From positions 682,001-746,000 of the forward strand of contig CP145419.1 of NCBI GenBank assembly GCA_036867785.1: a DNA stretch of 64,000 nucleotides. Reading direction: 5' to 3'. Position numbers and translations under genes: made by a program. This stretch comes from Plasmodiophora brassicae. Taxonomy: Eukaryota. A model generated the notes under the pieces. It did no database searches and had not been told where the DNA came from. It saw only the letters and a list, made by a program, of their open reading frames with translations. Numbering within the stretch: position 1 is the stretch's first letter; each line of letters opens with the position of its first letter. Shown in pieces: positions 34,399-47,594 of the stretch.

Positions 34399-36405
34399 AT
34401 GCCCGGCAGTATTTGGGCAGCCGAGCCGCTGCGACCCGGCGGCGGGCTGCATCAGCAGCTGGCGAAGCTGGCGGCGAGCCCGCTGGACGTGCTGCCCGTA
34501 TTGCCAGCGTTGGCGAGGCGTGCGTCGCCGGTCGACGCGCGTCGCGTGCATGCGTCGCTGGTGCAGTTGTTCGAGGCGGCGTCGACGACGGCGTACGTGC
34601 GGCTGGTAATCGCGCGGACGCTGCGTGCCATGAAGCCGTCGGACCAGACGATGCGGGCGCTTTGCGCGACGTTGGATTCGACGAAAGATCCGGCGTGGAT
34701 TGTTGCCGTCCTGACTGCGATCCAGGGACCTCGGGATGAGCGGATCGTTCACGCGGTCGTCGCTGTTCTCGAAGGGCACGTCTCGGATGACGTCATTGCA
34801 GAGCATTGCGTTGGCGCCCTGCAACGCGTGGATTGTGGCAACTCTCACATCGCTGCCTGCGTGACCCGCCTGATTAGTCGACCCGACTTGCCGAGGCACA
34901 CTCGGCTACTGCTGCAGAAGCTTGACTCGAGACCCCGTTCCGATATCCACCTTTCGACCCAGCGACCTTATGCATCGTTATGCGTTTTCACACAGCAGAA
35001 GCAATACGATGCCTTGATCGATGCGGTCCTCACCGTCTTGAAGTCCCAGGAGCCGCTGACGAAGGGCGTCTGGAAACGGGTCGCGCATGCTGTCAAATGC
35101 GTCCCTGACCGAGGGAACGACGTCATCGATGCGCTCCTAAATAGAAATGCTTCGTCACCCGAGCACGGCGCCCTTGCATGCGTTTGCGTTTGCCTAGTCC
35201 ACGTACACAATTGCTGTGCGATATGTGGCCTTCACGATGGTTGATCACTGGTCTTTGCAGGTCGTAGAACTGTCCATGGATTCCGCCAAGATGCTCCTCG
35301 ACCAGTGTCGAGCAGGTCTTGAGCACGTGCCTCACCGATTACTGGCAACGGCATGTATACGCGGGGCGCGCCGCTCGACCGCTCTTCGATCGCAATTCGT
35401 CGAGGTCCTTGACGCAGTCGTGTCTTCTGCGCCTGTAAGCGACTCATTGGGTCGTTTCGAGTCGTGAAATCTAACGCTGTTTGACAACTCGTAGACATCA
35501 CTGGCCTCATACGACGTTGCGGTTGTTGTGATCCAGGATGGCGCTCCAGACCTTGCACCTTTAGCTGATGGCCTGTTGGCTCGGCTCGACCTTCGAGACG
35601 TTCGCTTTGTTCTGTGGGTGAAGGCACTCCGATGCATCTGCGAGAGCCTTGTCAAGACCACGAGTGACATCGTTCGTGTATTTGCGATCGTACGTCGTGC
35701 CATCTGTTAATCACGACGTGCAGGCTGGAAGCGTCTGTTGTCTGCGCGAAGCCCAGCTGTGTCTGAGGGCCATGCGCTCGTCGTCTTCGAGCATGGACTT
35801 CCAGGAGGCCTTCCTCGAACATCGCATCGCACTCATTGAGGAGCGGGGTTCACCGTTCGGTCCAGACGCACGCCGTTTAGGTGCGGCTTGCCCAGGTTGC
35901 GGCGGTCTGCCCTGAACTGATCCCGTGTCGTGCAACAGGCGCAATTGGACACCAGTTGTCTCGGCTCACCAGATCCGTCATGTCTTTGGGGCCACGTTCT
36001 CGCCAACAAATAGAAACCTTGGCGGCTGACGACCGTTCCTATACGGCGTTCCCCCCGGCTTTCTTCGTACACCATCGACCGAACTTGGTCGGCGTCAAGG
36101 CCTCCATTTCTGCTGACCGCTGCAGTATCGCTGTTTCGGGTTCGTTTGGGTCTGCGCCGCATCGCGCCGTCGCTGTCTAACGCATCGTAGGCCGGTTTCG
36201 ACAAGACCTGGTCGACCGCGTCGCGTCCGTCTACGCCGTCATCGACGGCGACGGCGTCGTCCCGCTGGACCTCGATCAAGGGCGATTTGCGCGGGACTGC
36301 CCGTTCCGCTCCGACCCGGTCGCTGCGGCGTCTGTCGCCATTGTCGCCGTCGACCATGACCGTCGCCGCTGGGAGGTTGCCACCGTCGTCCCCGTCGTAT
36401 CATAA
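34399..36405 (+). CDS. Helical-repeat protein, possibly a divergent Integrator subunit 7
   Basis: Multi-exon; N-terminal LVQLFEAASTTAYVRLVIAR, FPPAFFV and C-terminal AVDHDRRRW recall INTS7 landmarks (by eye only). Confidence 0.4.
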
Positions 36406-36678
36406 ACCGAGCGCCCTGCCATTCTCTCCTGGTGATCCGACTGCCACTCCCTCCTGGGGATCCGGCAGCAACGCCGCCCAGTGTCTCTCGCGGTGTTTGG
36501 CAGTTTTGACGAATTGGTCGGTTGCTCGATCAGCGATCAGCGTGCACAAAACGGGCGGTCGTCAGCGGCGTTCGTTTTCCGTCAATCTCGGGGACGCGTG
36601 CGGCGGCTGCCGATCTTTTTTGGGGTTGCCGTTGATCAGCAAGCTGGGCGCCGGCTGCCCCGGGCTTGCCGTGTTCCG

Positions 36679-38011
36679 ATGGCGTTCCTGTTCGGCCGGG
36701 GCAAGAAGTCGCCCACCGAGCTCGTCAAGTCGACCAAGCAGCTCCTGGCGACCTTCTCGTCGGGGGCGCCCGCCGCTCCCGTCGCCGCCGCCGCCGCCGC
36801 TGATGCCGACCCCGGCGTCACCAAGTCGTCCGAGAAAATCTCGGCGAACCTGTCGGCGATGAAGCTGATGCTGTATGGCGACGGCGACCACGAGGCGAAA
36901 CCGGAACTGATCGAGAAGCTCGTCGAGGAATTGTTTGCCGCTGAACTCCTCCTGGACCTCTTGCGCAACATTTCGAAATTTGAATTCGAAACCAGGAAAG
37001 ACGTTGCCATGGTTTTCAATTTTCTTCTACGACGAGGCCAGCATAACCTCGCTGTCCAATACGTTGAGTCGCACTCGGAAGTCATCAAACTGCTCGTCGA
37101 GGTCAGACGCTGTATTGCCGTCCATGGACGGTCTGCATTGGTTGCTGAATACTACTGCGCCTCGTTGCAACACAGGGTTACGAGGACTCGGACATCGCCC
37201 TGAATTGCGGTATGATTCTTAGGGAGTGCATTCGCCACGAATGCCTGAATCAGATCCTGCTCGAGTCGCAGGACCTGTTCTTCAAGTTCTTTGACTTTGT
37301 TCAGGTCGGTCAGAGAGATACACTGTCGGCGGATGCCTGCGAGGGGGATTGATGTGCGTCCACAGAAAACAAATTTCGACGTCGCCTCCGACGCGTTTGC
37401 CACGTTCCGCCAATGCCTGACCAAGCACAAAACCCTGTCGTCAACGTTCCTGGAGCAGAATTACGACAAGGTAGTCGGCGTGTTGCATCGTTTGATCTCC
37501 ATTGTTAAGGTGTTCCGCAGATTATTCCGCTGTACAACGAACTGATCCAGAGCCCCAACTACGTCACGAAGAGGCAATCGCTGAAGCTGCTGGGCGAGAT
37601 CCTGCTTGACAAGAAGAACTATGCCGTCATGATTCGGTATATCAACGACCCGGTCAACTTGAGGATAATGATGAACCTGCTGAGGGTGCCGAGCAAGACC
37701 ATCCAGTTCGAGGCGTTTCACGTGTTCAAAGTGTTCATTGCGAACCCGAAGAAGTCGCAGCCCGTTCTCGACATTATCGTGCTCAACAGGGACCGGCTCA
37801 TAGATTTCTTAAAGACGTTCCAAAGCGATAAGGGTATGCGCGCTGTGCGATGTCGGCAATCGACTCGTCTGAACCTTGCCTGTTAGACGACGATCAGTTC
37901 GTAGAGGAGAAGAACCTATTATTGGCGACCCTGTCCAGGATCGAGCCAACGACGCCGTCGTCGGCGTCGCAACCCGCTGTTGATCCCGACCCGAAGCCAC
38001 AGGACGACTAG
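36679..38011 (+). CDS. CAB39: MO25/CAB39 kinase scaffold
   Basis: [84 protein letters not shown]. Confidence 0.95.
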
Positions 38012-38058
38012 GCAAATCAGTCTCTCATTATATTCTGCATTGGACGACTCCGCCTCTG

Positions 38059-39134
38059 TTATTGCCGACCGTGCCCGTAATCCTCGGCGAGCTGTCCGCT
38101 GACCCGTCTGATGACCTGCGTCCACGACCGCAACACCTCATCGTACGTCTCTCGATCGACCGGGTTGAACAGGCGAAAGCAATCGCTGGCCGACCGCTCG
38201 TCCCCGTACACCTCGAACGTCAGCGATACGTTGATGCCCATCTCGGCGTACATGTAGTCCATGCTGGTCCCGTATGCAAGGTACCCGCCGATCTCGCCGC
38301 CGCCGCCAAACGTGCACCTGCACGTCGACTGCACGGGCCCGAACAACGTCTCCTTGATGTACTCAGCCTCGTCGATGAGCTCCACTTTGTGATCCCACCC
38401 GAAGTACATCTCGCGCAGACCGCTGTGCACGTTGATGTACAGGTCGGGTCGCCATCGTGCCACCAGATCCCGCACCTGGCGTCACGCGCGTCAGTGGACC
38501 TGCCGCGAAACGGGTCGCGTCCCACATGCCAATCTGGATTCCGCTTCCGAGAACGGGTGTTGCCCTGGGTAGGTCTCGTCGGCGTGGGTTGGACTGGCGC
38601 CGTCGCCGTTCCACATGAACGGCCAGTTGCGGTTCAGGTCGACGCCTCTGGCGTTCTTCCTTGTGCAAGGCCGGCCTCGCTCGGCCTGGTCCCTGGACCA
38701 GGTCGACAGGATCGGGATCACACATAGGTCAACGCTCGACAGGGCGTCCTGCACGGCGTCCTCTGTTCCATTCGACAAGTCAGACATACGCGGGCGACGG
38801 GCGGCCGCAAGTGCTCGTGACCGATGAGGTGGAGACCGATCTCTGCAGTGATTAATTCGCGGCCGTGCTCGCCGCATACAACGAGCGCTTTCAAGCGTGC
38901 CGGCTGCTGGCGAGCGGCGATGCAGGCGACGTCGACATAGTCGAACAGGTCCCTGGTCTGCCGCAGGCGATGAGTCTCGACCCGCAAGCGACCCGGGTGC
39001 TCCGCTTCCGCCCTCTTCAGCAACGTATGGATCGCCTCTGTCGACCGGTAGAACGACGGTGGTGTCGACGTCCCAGCAATGGTCGCTAGAAGAAAGACAG
39101 CGGCACTGGCAGCGGCAGCCGACACCGCTGCCAT
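38059..39134 (-). CDS. Secreted M14 zinc carboxypeptidase
   Basis: Signal peptide; HGRE; NARGVDLNRNW; PFSEAE; NVHS; GTSMDY; FEVY. Confidence 0.88.
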
Positions 39135-39244
39135 ATCGTCGGTGCACGACGCAAGTCGTCGTCACACTGCACACACAGAGCAGCCACCCGGTCGAAGGGA
39201 GGTACCTACTACGACAGCACGTGCAACAAGATCATGGGCAGTGT

Positions 39245-40976
39245 TTACAATGTCGATCGGCGCGATTCGGACGAGCCCTGGTCGCCCTTGGCTCTCTCGG
39301 TTGCGGCCAGTTCAGCGATCTTGACCAGGAATTGCGTCAGGAACGCATCTAAGCGGACCTGCGAATCGTGGTGAACAGATCTGAGGATCGCTGCGCTGAT
39401 CGCTGTACCGTGTTCTCATTGACAACGTCCTTGACGAGCGCGTATGTCCCGTCCTTTGGGTCGATCAGGTCCATATCGTTGCGAACCTTGTCGTCACCGG
39501 GGATGCGCAGGAGGTCGCAGACAACCCGGTAGACGATCGAGGCGATGACCTTCAGGTTCGTCAGACGTGTCGCGGCGCGGTCGCGTGGCTTGCGCCCTAG
39601 GCCCGCTTCCCACGGCGCCACGACGATCCGCATCAGCACCCGGACGACGAAGAAGTTCGCCAGCATTAGCCGTTGCGCGCTCACTGACAACGCTGTCGTG
39701 AACCCGTGCCGGTCGAGCTGTATCGCGCTCTGAAGGGATACATGAGGCGCGCCCCTAATATTGTGGAGCAGGTCGACGCACCTTTTCGGACGGGAGGAGG
39801 TACGCGTCGGGGAAGACGTTTCCAGGCGAGATCAGGTACCGGTTGACGAAGCCGACCAGGGCGACGGGGATGGTGGCGCCGGGCGCTGTCATCTCGACCA
39901 TCTTCTCGAAGCAGTGCTTGAGGCGGACGCCGATCTGGGCGACGACCGTCTTGGTGTTCGGGCGTTTCAGGCGCAGGAGCGTGTGAACGGCGGCGGTCGG
40001 CCCTGGGCGCAGGTCCAGGTCGAGCGCGCACGATGGCGCTAGCAGGCTGCCGATCGGGAACTTGACCGCAGGTAGCAACCAGGCCCTTGCCATCTCTTCA
40101 TACAGGTCGACGACTTCGCTGAACTCTTGGATCTGCGACGCTCGTTGACGAGCCACGCGAGTCGCAATGCTCCTGGACACACGAACGATGAACCGCAGGG
40201 CGAACGCACCAGCACGAAACAGCCCGGCAGGCGAGGGGCGAGAGAATATCCCGCCTTTCAGCGCCATCTTGCTGAGGAGGGTCGCAGCGGTGCTGTCGGC
40301 CGGTTTGTCGCCGCCTGAGGCCAACGCAGGGTCCGCTGCGGAAGCTGGCGGAACCTCGTCCACCGCTTGAGCATCGACCTCGCCGAACACGTCAGTGACC
40401 AGTGACGAGAGAGCGTCTTGGATGTTCGCAGATGGCTGCGGATTCGTTTCACGAGCGTCAGCAGATTGCAGGCCGTGTTCAGGAGTCGGCGACTTCAGTG
40501 CCGACTGCAAACATTGCAACCGCTACTTCAGGTGGTGCCTGATAACCCCGGATAAGCTTGCTGGGTACCAGTGCCGCTGATCGTTGGTCTGACGCAGACG
40601 AGGATCCCGTCCGTCGCGACTGGCCGACCTGCGGCGTCTGGGCTCGTGCAGGCGAGTCGGGCCTGACGGCAAGGACGCGCATGTCGTCGACCAGCTCGAC
40701 GGATTTCGCCATAAACGCTGCGTAGTCGTGCAGAGCCTCGTTCTGATAACGCAACCGCATCCTCTGACAAGCGACACGGCTCAGCAGCAGGCAGCGCAGC
40801 ACACTGCTGCCGACGCCTACGTGGATCTGTTTACGAAGCTCGCGCTTCTTGTTGAGCTCCGCCAGCAAGAGCTGGTTCTGAAGGGCGATCGACGCTGCGG
40901 CAACCACGTCAAGACAAGGACGCAGGGTTGCAGCCCCCGACGTACTCGTTAGGCTGGCCAGCTGGTCAGCGTCCAT
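39245..40976 (-). CDS. Hypothetical multi-exon protein with N-terminal coiled coil
   Basis: Chain of minus-strand exons (40976 MDADQ..., ORFs 39755-40519 and 39349-39690) with GT-AG boundaries. Confidence 0.5.
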
Positions 40977-41473
40977 GGGCTCCCCGGACGTCACGCGCTT
41001 GACGTCGCCACCACCGGCGAAGGCGGCTGTGACGCGCAACGCGCTCGTGCAATGCGCGTGGCCGGACCGTCTGCGGCCATCTCTGCACAAGATGCCCCCC
41101 AGGTGCGCGTTAACGCTTCGTATCGCACCGCCTGGTACGGAGGGGACCCGTAATCCCCGTCCGACAGCGTCCGGAAGAGCACGAACTCTACCTCCAGCAC
41201 ACCCAAACCCATGAGGGGCGATGTCGGCAGTCAGGTCGAGTGCCGGGGACAGGGTCGCACGTTTCAGGGCCGCCCTGGAACGCCAACGGGGGGCTCCAGC
41301 GGGAAACGCTCGAACGTTCCGAGTGCAGTTTGGGCACAAAAATTTGGGGGCCCCTCGGCAGCGTGGTGTCCCACAGTGGGACGGGGGAAGTCCGTCAGTG
41401 TCTGAGCAACGTCGTGTGCCGATCGGTGCCACGAGGTGATCGTCGTCGCACCCAACGCAGCCGAGCAGCGCCC

Positions 41474-42482
41474 ATGTCGTCCGCGGCCATGATGCTGCGC
41501 CGGCCGATCGCGGTTCGCGTCCCCCACGCGCGTATGTCGCTGTCCTTGGGCTGACGTGTGGGCCCCGGCTGGGCAGGCGACCGGGCGTCATGCCCGATTC
41601 ATGGCATCGGAGCGGGAGCTGAAGAAGCGCCTGACGTCGGTGTCCAGCATCCGTAAGATCACGAAGGCGACGAAGATGGTCGCCGCCGCCAAGCTTCGCG
41701 GCGTCCAGTCCATGCTGACGGTCGGGCGCGCGTTCGCGGCGCCGATGAGCGCGATCTGGACCACGCCCGAACAGGAGAAGGCGGCCACGGAGCTCGCTGA
41801 GAAGCGCAAGGCCGACCCAAAGTACCTGGTATCGGTCCAGCTGAAGGACAACACGCTGCTCGTCCCGATGAGCTCGGATCGTGGCCTGTGCGGTGGTGTC
41901 AACAGCTCCCTGGTTCGTACCGTCCGCCGTATCCTGGACGACAACGAAGGCAAGTCGTCGACGATCCTGTGCGTTGGTGAGCGCGGGCGCAGCGCGTTGC
42001 AGCGCGCGCGGGGCCCGCTGTTCACCATGGCGCTGGTCGACATCAGCAAGCAGATTGTGCCGACGTTCGAGCAGGCGATGGCGTTCGCGTCGATCTACCT
42101 GCAGCACCAGTTCGACTACTCGCTGTTCATCTCGAACCGGTTCAAGTCGGCGATCTCGTACGAGACGATGCTGACCGAGATGCCGTCGGTGGCCAAGCGC
42201 CTGTCGGGCGATTTGGGCAAGTTCCGCGAGTACGAGTTCGAGGGCGACGAGACGGAGACGCTGACGAACCTCGCCGAGTTCTCGGCGGCGTCGTCGCTGT
42301 ACCACATGATGCTGGAGAACAACACGACGGAACAGTCGCAGAAGATGTCGGCGATGGAGAACTCGACCAAGAACGCCGGCGAGCTCATCGAAGCGCTCAA
42401 GATCAAGTACAACCGGTCCCGCCAGGCGCGCATCACCACCGAACTCACCGAAATCATCTCGGGTGCGGCCGCCCTGGAGTGA
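41474..42482 (+). CDS. ATP3: Mitochondrial F1 ATP synthase gamma subunit
   Basis: KITKATKMVAAAK, SSDRGLCGGVNS, MSAMENSTKNA, RQARITTELTEIISGA; presequence split by an intron ~41513-41576. Confidence 0.97.
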
Positions 42483-43133
42483 GGGCGTGCGTTGCGCGCC
42501 CTGCTAAACCGCAAGCCCCGTTCATCGGAAAGCGATGAAGGTTCACCAGCGCCCTAGCAACACGACATCGGCTGTCCGCTGTCGCCGATTCATTCGAAAT
42601 TTGCCTGGCGCTGGACGGACGCCACCCCCTCCACCGGCATGCATCCCCCAGCCTAGTCGCGTCGCGCTGTCGTCCGCGCGCCCTCTGTGCGGCAGTCGCC
42701 CGGTAGCTCGGGCACGCACGACTGGACCCGCAGCGAGGCCGTCTGTCTGCGCCAACCGGTTGCACTGTATTGATTCCCGTGCGCAAGTGGCGGCGTGCGG
42801 CGTGTCTGTCGCACGGATGTACGTAGCGAGGCAGGGAAGCGCCGGCGCGCGCGTACAACGTACGGGCGGCTGTGCGGCGGCGGGTCCGTGGCCACGCGCG
42901 CGCTACATGCGCCATTCCGGGCGCCGACGGGGGGGGGGGCAGCTGCAAACCCACTTTCCTGTCCGGTCGCACGGGCCCTCTCCGCTGCGCACGTCGGAGC
43001 AGCATTGGCCGATTCCGGCGCGCCGCACTGCGCAGTCCCTGGGGCGCCGTGCAGGACCATTCTCGCAAGGCGCCTGCGTGCGCGTGTGTGTGTGTGTACA
43101 CCCCCGCGCGACGTTAGAGGCGCCGCTAGGGAA

Positions 43134-45071
43134 ATGGAGCTCGACGGCCTAGCGTCGTATAACCTGTTCGCGTACATCGACGCGTTCCCGTTGGATGCGC
43201 CGGCCGCCCCGCCGCCCGACGAACGGCACGGCGGCGACGGGGACGCCGCCGACCCGATCTGGGACGCGTTCGACACGTGCGACTCGGCGTCGCGGTTGCT
43301 GCGCGTCGACCCGTGGCTGCTGGACGACGACGACGACCAGGCCGCCGACAGCGCCCGCCTCCTGAAGACGTCCATGTTCCCGTACGTGACGCCGGCGGTC
43401 GGCAACTACAAGCGCCCGCGCCTGGAGACGTTCAAGCCGGTCACGGCGGCCGACTCGATGGGCGCCCGCCGCATCAACCCGGCGGCCATCTCCTCCGACA
43501 GCCAGGCGCCCATCGGCTGCACCCTGCCGTCGCCCTCCCGCCCGTTGCAACGCCTGTCGACCCCGAACCTGTTCCTGGTCCAGATGCAGGACGCCGATTG
43601 GGATGCGTTCCGGACGGTCGTCGTTGGCTACGGCGACGACGCGTCCCGCGTTCGCGATGCGTTCGACATGTACCTGCGGCAGTGGCGCACGAACCGCCTC
43701 GGGCCGTTCGTCGTCTACGCCAGGGAGAGGTGGGCGCCGGACGGCCAGCACCTCGCCGGGTTCCTGAAACTGTCGCTGAGCAACGGCAGCGAGCGCTGCC
43801 AGAGCCTGCAGATCCGGTTCGCCCTGCTCCCTCAGTACTGCAACCAGCGCCGGGTCATCTACGAAGCGCTGCAGGCCGTCCTGGTCTGGCTGCTCGACGA
43901 CCGCCGCCTGTTCGACCAGCACCGCCAGGTCTACGTCCCGTACGAGATCAGCGCGTCGCGCCAGAACGCGATCGCCATGATGGCGAACGGCCACGACGGC
44001 GCCGTTCTGATCTCGGACGTGCAGGAGGGCGCCCAGCAGCAGATGGTGCTGACGGAGGCGGACGGCATCCGGGACGTGGTCGCCCGGATCGAGGCGCACC
44101 TGGCGTCGGGCGACCTGATCCCGGACGTCATCAACGCCGACATCTGGACGTCGCGCAGCGAGAACGGCCTGTTCGAGATGTGCGTCAAGTGGGAGGTCCC
44201 GCTGCTCAAGGTCGACGACGACGGGTCGATCCACCTGTTCATGTCCACGTACCACGACACGCCCGTCGAGACGACGCTGCTGACGGCGCTGCCGGTCGAC
44301 GCGACGTACAAGATGCGCCTGGACCTGTGCGCTGTCGAGGCGACGGGCGCCGCCGCCGACTCCCCCGACAACTGCTGCCGGATCAAGGCGAAGGACGTGA
44401 CGCTGGGCCAGGCGACGATCGTGTTCTCGGGCGTCCGCAAGGCCAAGGTCGGCGACAAGACCAGGGTCTACGTCATCCGGTCGCAGCTGGTCCGCCACGA
44501 CAAGCGCGCCGTCGTCATCGACACGTGCCAGTCGCGCGCCTGCCAGCTGACGTCGTCGCGGCGCGTCTACCGGGCCGCCGACGATCGCATCCAGCCGCCG
44601 GACGTGCTCTCGCCCGTGTCGGACGCGTCATGGGAGTCACGATCGTCGCTGCTGGCGGAGTTCACGCAGGCGTGCGTCGTGCACTGGAAGGCCGGGTTCC
44701 CGTTGTGGCTGTTCACGCAGGAGAAGGTGGCGATGGAGGTGCGCCCGTTCGGCGTCCCGGGCGACGCCGCCATGAGGGTCCAGCTGGTCGACGTGCAGAG
44801 CAACCTGCCCGTCCACCTCGTGGCCGTCAACCACACCGTCAAGTCGTCGACGGAGACGCTGGTCGCCTACGGGAACGACGACGGCGCCTGGGTCGTCGAC
44901 CTGCGCGTCAACAGCAAGAAGGAGGTCCAGAACCGCATGTCGTACCTGCACGTCAGCTTCCACCGCGTCACAGATCGGCACGTGCACCCGGAACCGGACG
45001 GTGAGTTCAACTCGACGTTCGTCATCAACGTCGGCACGACGTACGCCAACCTGCGGCGGCGCCCGGCCTGA
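43134..45071 (+). CDS. Intronless 645-aa unknown protein with two tandem beta-rich domains
   Basis: Long ORF with strong G/C third-position bias; no family recognised. Confidence 0.7.
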   Translation: MELDGLASYNLFAYIDAFPLDAPAAPPPDERHGGDGDAADPIWDAFDTCDSASRLLRVDPWLLDDDDDQAADSARLLKTSMFPYVTPAVGNYKRPRLETFKPVTAADSMGARRINPAAISSDSQAPIGCTLPSPSRPLQRLSTPNLFLVQMQDADWDAFRTVVVGYGDDASRVRDAFDMYLRQWRTNRLGPFVVYARERWAPDGQHLAGFLKLSLSNGSERCQSLQIRFALLPQYCNQRRVIYEALQAVLVWLLDDRRLFDQHRQVYVPYEISASRQNAIAMMANGHDGAVLISDVQEGAQQQMVLTEADGIRDVVARIEAHLASGDLIPDVINADIWTSRSENGLFEMCVKWEVPLLKVDDDGSIHLFMSTYHDTPVETTLLTALPVDATYKMRLDLCAVEATGAAADSPDNCCRIKAKDVTLGQATIVFSGVRKAKVGDKTRVYVIRSQLVRHDKRAVVIDTCQSRACQLTSSRRVYRAADDRIQPPDVLSPVSDASWESRSSLLAEFTQACVVHWKAGFPLWLFTQEKVAMEVRPFGVPGDAAMRVQLVDVQSNLPVHLVAVNHTVKSSTETLVAYGNDDGAWVVDLRVNSKKEVQNRMSYLHVSFHRVTDRHVHPEPDGEFNSTFVINVGTTYANLRRRPA

Positions 45072-45324
45072 CACTATACGCATCATGTACTTATACATAT
45101 CTGGCGCGCGCGCGCGTCTGCTTTGTCTGAGACGGGGCCAGCCTCCCGTGGAATACGCGCCTACCTGCTCCCGGACGTTCGTCATCTTGGGGTGGGGGAA
45201 CACTGGCAGCAACCGGCGGCGGACACGTGCCGCGAAGGAGGTCACGGTGCGGCGTGTGCCGTTCCCGGGTGGGCGCGCGCTACTTTGCTACTGCGTAAAT
45301 ATCGGCCTGTTGGATCGACGGCCC

Positions 45325-47594
45325 ATGTCGTCGTTGCCGCCGCCGCAGCCGCCGACAGTTGGGTACTTCCCCAGCCTGCCGTTCGACGTCAGTGACACGG
45401 CCGAGGCGACCGTCGCCAAGGCGTGCGGGGTGGAACCGTTCGGGGACATTGGCGCCATGGTACGACAGGGCGGCCCCGGTGCCGGCCGTCTGTGTGTTGA
45501 ATCGCGCGCCGTACGCCGCAGGTACTCGGCAAGTTCGTCAGCGAGTCGCTGGCCAGCGGCGACCTGACGCACCTGGACGACCTGAACCTGTCGCACAAGC
45601 AGATCACGAGCAAGGGCGTCGCATGGGTCGTCCACGTCCTCGCCGGCGGGCTCGTCGTGGATTCGCTGGACCTGTCGGGCAACCCGATCGGCCCGGCGGG
45701 CATCGCCTCGCTCGCCAGGTGCATTGCCGAGCACGGCGCCGTCCGGGAGCTGGTCCTGTCCAACGTGGAGTGCCTGGACCAGGGCGCGTGCGCCCTGGGC
45801 GACACGCTGGTGGCGCCTGGCGTCGCCCTGCTGTCGGTCGACCTGCGCAACAACCAGATCGGGACGGATGGCGCCCGCGCCCTGATCTGCGCCCTGCAGA
45901 CCAACACCCGGCTGAAGCGGCTGCTGGTCGGCGGCAACCGCATTGCAGTCGACGTCGTCGAGCAGATCAATGGTCTGCCTGTGCGCGTCTCGGCCAGTCA
46001 GCCCTCGTGGGACTGACGCGTCTGGCGCAGACCTGATGGCGCGCAACAAGGGCGGCGGCGGCGGCGACGCCAAACGCAGCGGGTCGATGGCGACGCTGGA
46101 GGCGCCGCCGACGTCGGTCAGCGTGCGCCGGGCGACGAAGCTGGAGAACGCCGAGCAGATCAAGGCGCTGCGCCCGGACCTGTCCCTGGTCGGCGTCGGC
46201 GACCTGAACGAGGTCGACCCGAAGGAGCGGATCGGGGCCGGGTCGTCGGCGATGACGTCGGTCGGCGTCCCGCGCCGGTCCGTGTTCGTCAACGACTTCC
46301 CGGCCGGGAAGCGTACGTCGTTGTCGGGCGACCTGGAGGCGTCGTCGACGGCGACCGGCAACGCGTTCGACGACTTCCCGAGCAACGCCAAGCGCGCCAG
46401 CCTGATGTCGCCGACGCTGGAGTCCCACGACAACGTCGACGAGGCGAAACTGTGAGGGGAGCGCTGCCGGAGGGCGACGACGCCGCTGTCGTTAACGGGT
46501 GCGCTCGCCTCGCAGGCACAGGTCGCAACGCGACAGCTTGGTGCCGGACGGCGACGACGACGGCGACGACGGCGGCGATTTCGACGGCGGTCGCAAGCGG
46601 ACCAGCATCATCGGGCGCCTGCGCCGCCTGACCCTGTCGACGAAGCGGAGGAGCGTCGTGGTCGAGGAGCTGAACGTCGACGAGGCGTTCCAGGACTGCC
46701 GCGGGTCGTCGGCCGACCGCGACCAGTTCTCGTACCTGCTGTATCGCATCAAGAAAGGGTCCACCGAGGTAGGTCGCGGGAGCCGGCCGGTCGGCGCGCG
46801 CCTCCTGAGACGCTGTCGTGCCCAGGCGATGTTCAGCGTCGGGTACCTGTACGACATCGGGGCGGGCGGCGTCGAGTGCCGGACGACCGAGGCGATCAAG
46901 TGGTACCGGGAGGCGGCCGCAAACGGGCACGCCATCGCGATGAACAACCTGGGCGTCCTGCTGTCCACCGGGCATCGCGGCCGCGTCCCGCCGGACAACG
47001 CCGAGGCGTCCCATTGGTACAAGGCCAGCGCCGCCAAGGGATACGTCAGCGGCCAGTTCCACCTCGGTACGCGACCCCGCCCGACGGCAACGGGTCGACC
47101 ACCGACGACCGACGGCGACGTCGCTGACAGCGTGCTGGCGCAGGCTTGATGTACATGTCGGGATGCGGGCTGGAGAAGCCGGACTCGAAGACGGCGTTTC
47201 AGTGGTTCAAGGCGGCCGCCAAGCAGGGCCACGTCCTCGGGCAGAGCAACGTCGGCGCCATGTGTACGTGTGTGGTGTTTGGGCGCGCGCGCGCGTCCTC
47301 CCGCCGGTGTGCCCCACTTCTAACCCGGGGGCCGGTCCAGACATGAACGGGAAGGGGACCGAGGTCAACTACAAGAAGGCGATGAAGTGGTCGAAGAAGG
47401 CGGCCGCGCACCTGAACGCGGTCGCGTTGCACAACATCGGCGTCATGTACGACCAGGGCTACGGCGTCAAGGCCGACAAGCAGAAGGCGTTGCAATTCCT
47501 GGACAAGGCGCGGACCGGCAGGGTCGACGCCGCCATCCCGCTGGACCTGTCGGTGAAGACCATCGCCGACGGCGGCGCATTGATGAACCTGTAG
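45325..47594 (+). CDS. RNI-like LRR + Sel1-like repeat protein
   Basis: LDLSGNPIGPAG, VDLRNNQIGTDGA; Sel1 AIKWYREAAANGHAIAMNNLG, AFQWFKAAAKQGH, ALHNIGVMYDQGYGV; multi-exon. Confidence 0.8.

Noticed and set aside
41263-41385. Small hairpins upstream of ATP3 as a MITE or ncRNA
   Set aside because: No matching terminal inverted repeat or TSD; short GC-rich stems are expected by chance
40479-42305. 608-aa minus-strand ORF
   Set aside because: Mostly the antisense shadow of ATP synthase gamma in GC-rich DNA; only its last part overlaps real exons of the gene starting at 40976
43149-45004. Long overlapping ORFs (449 aa minus, 575 aa plus)
   Set aside because: Shadow frames produced by the strong G/C third-position bias of the 43134-45071 CDS; Arg/Pro/Gly-rich composition
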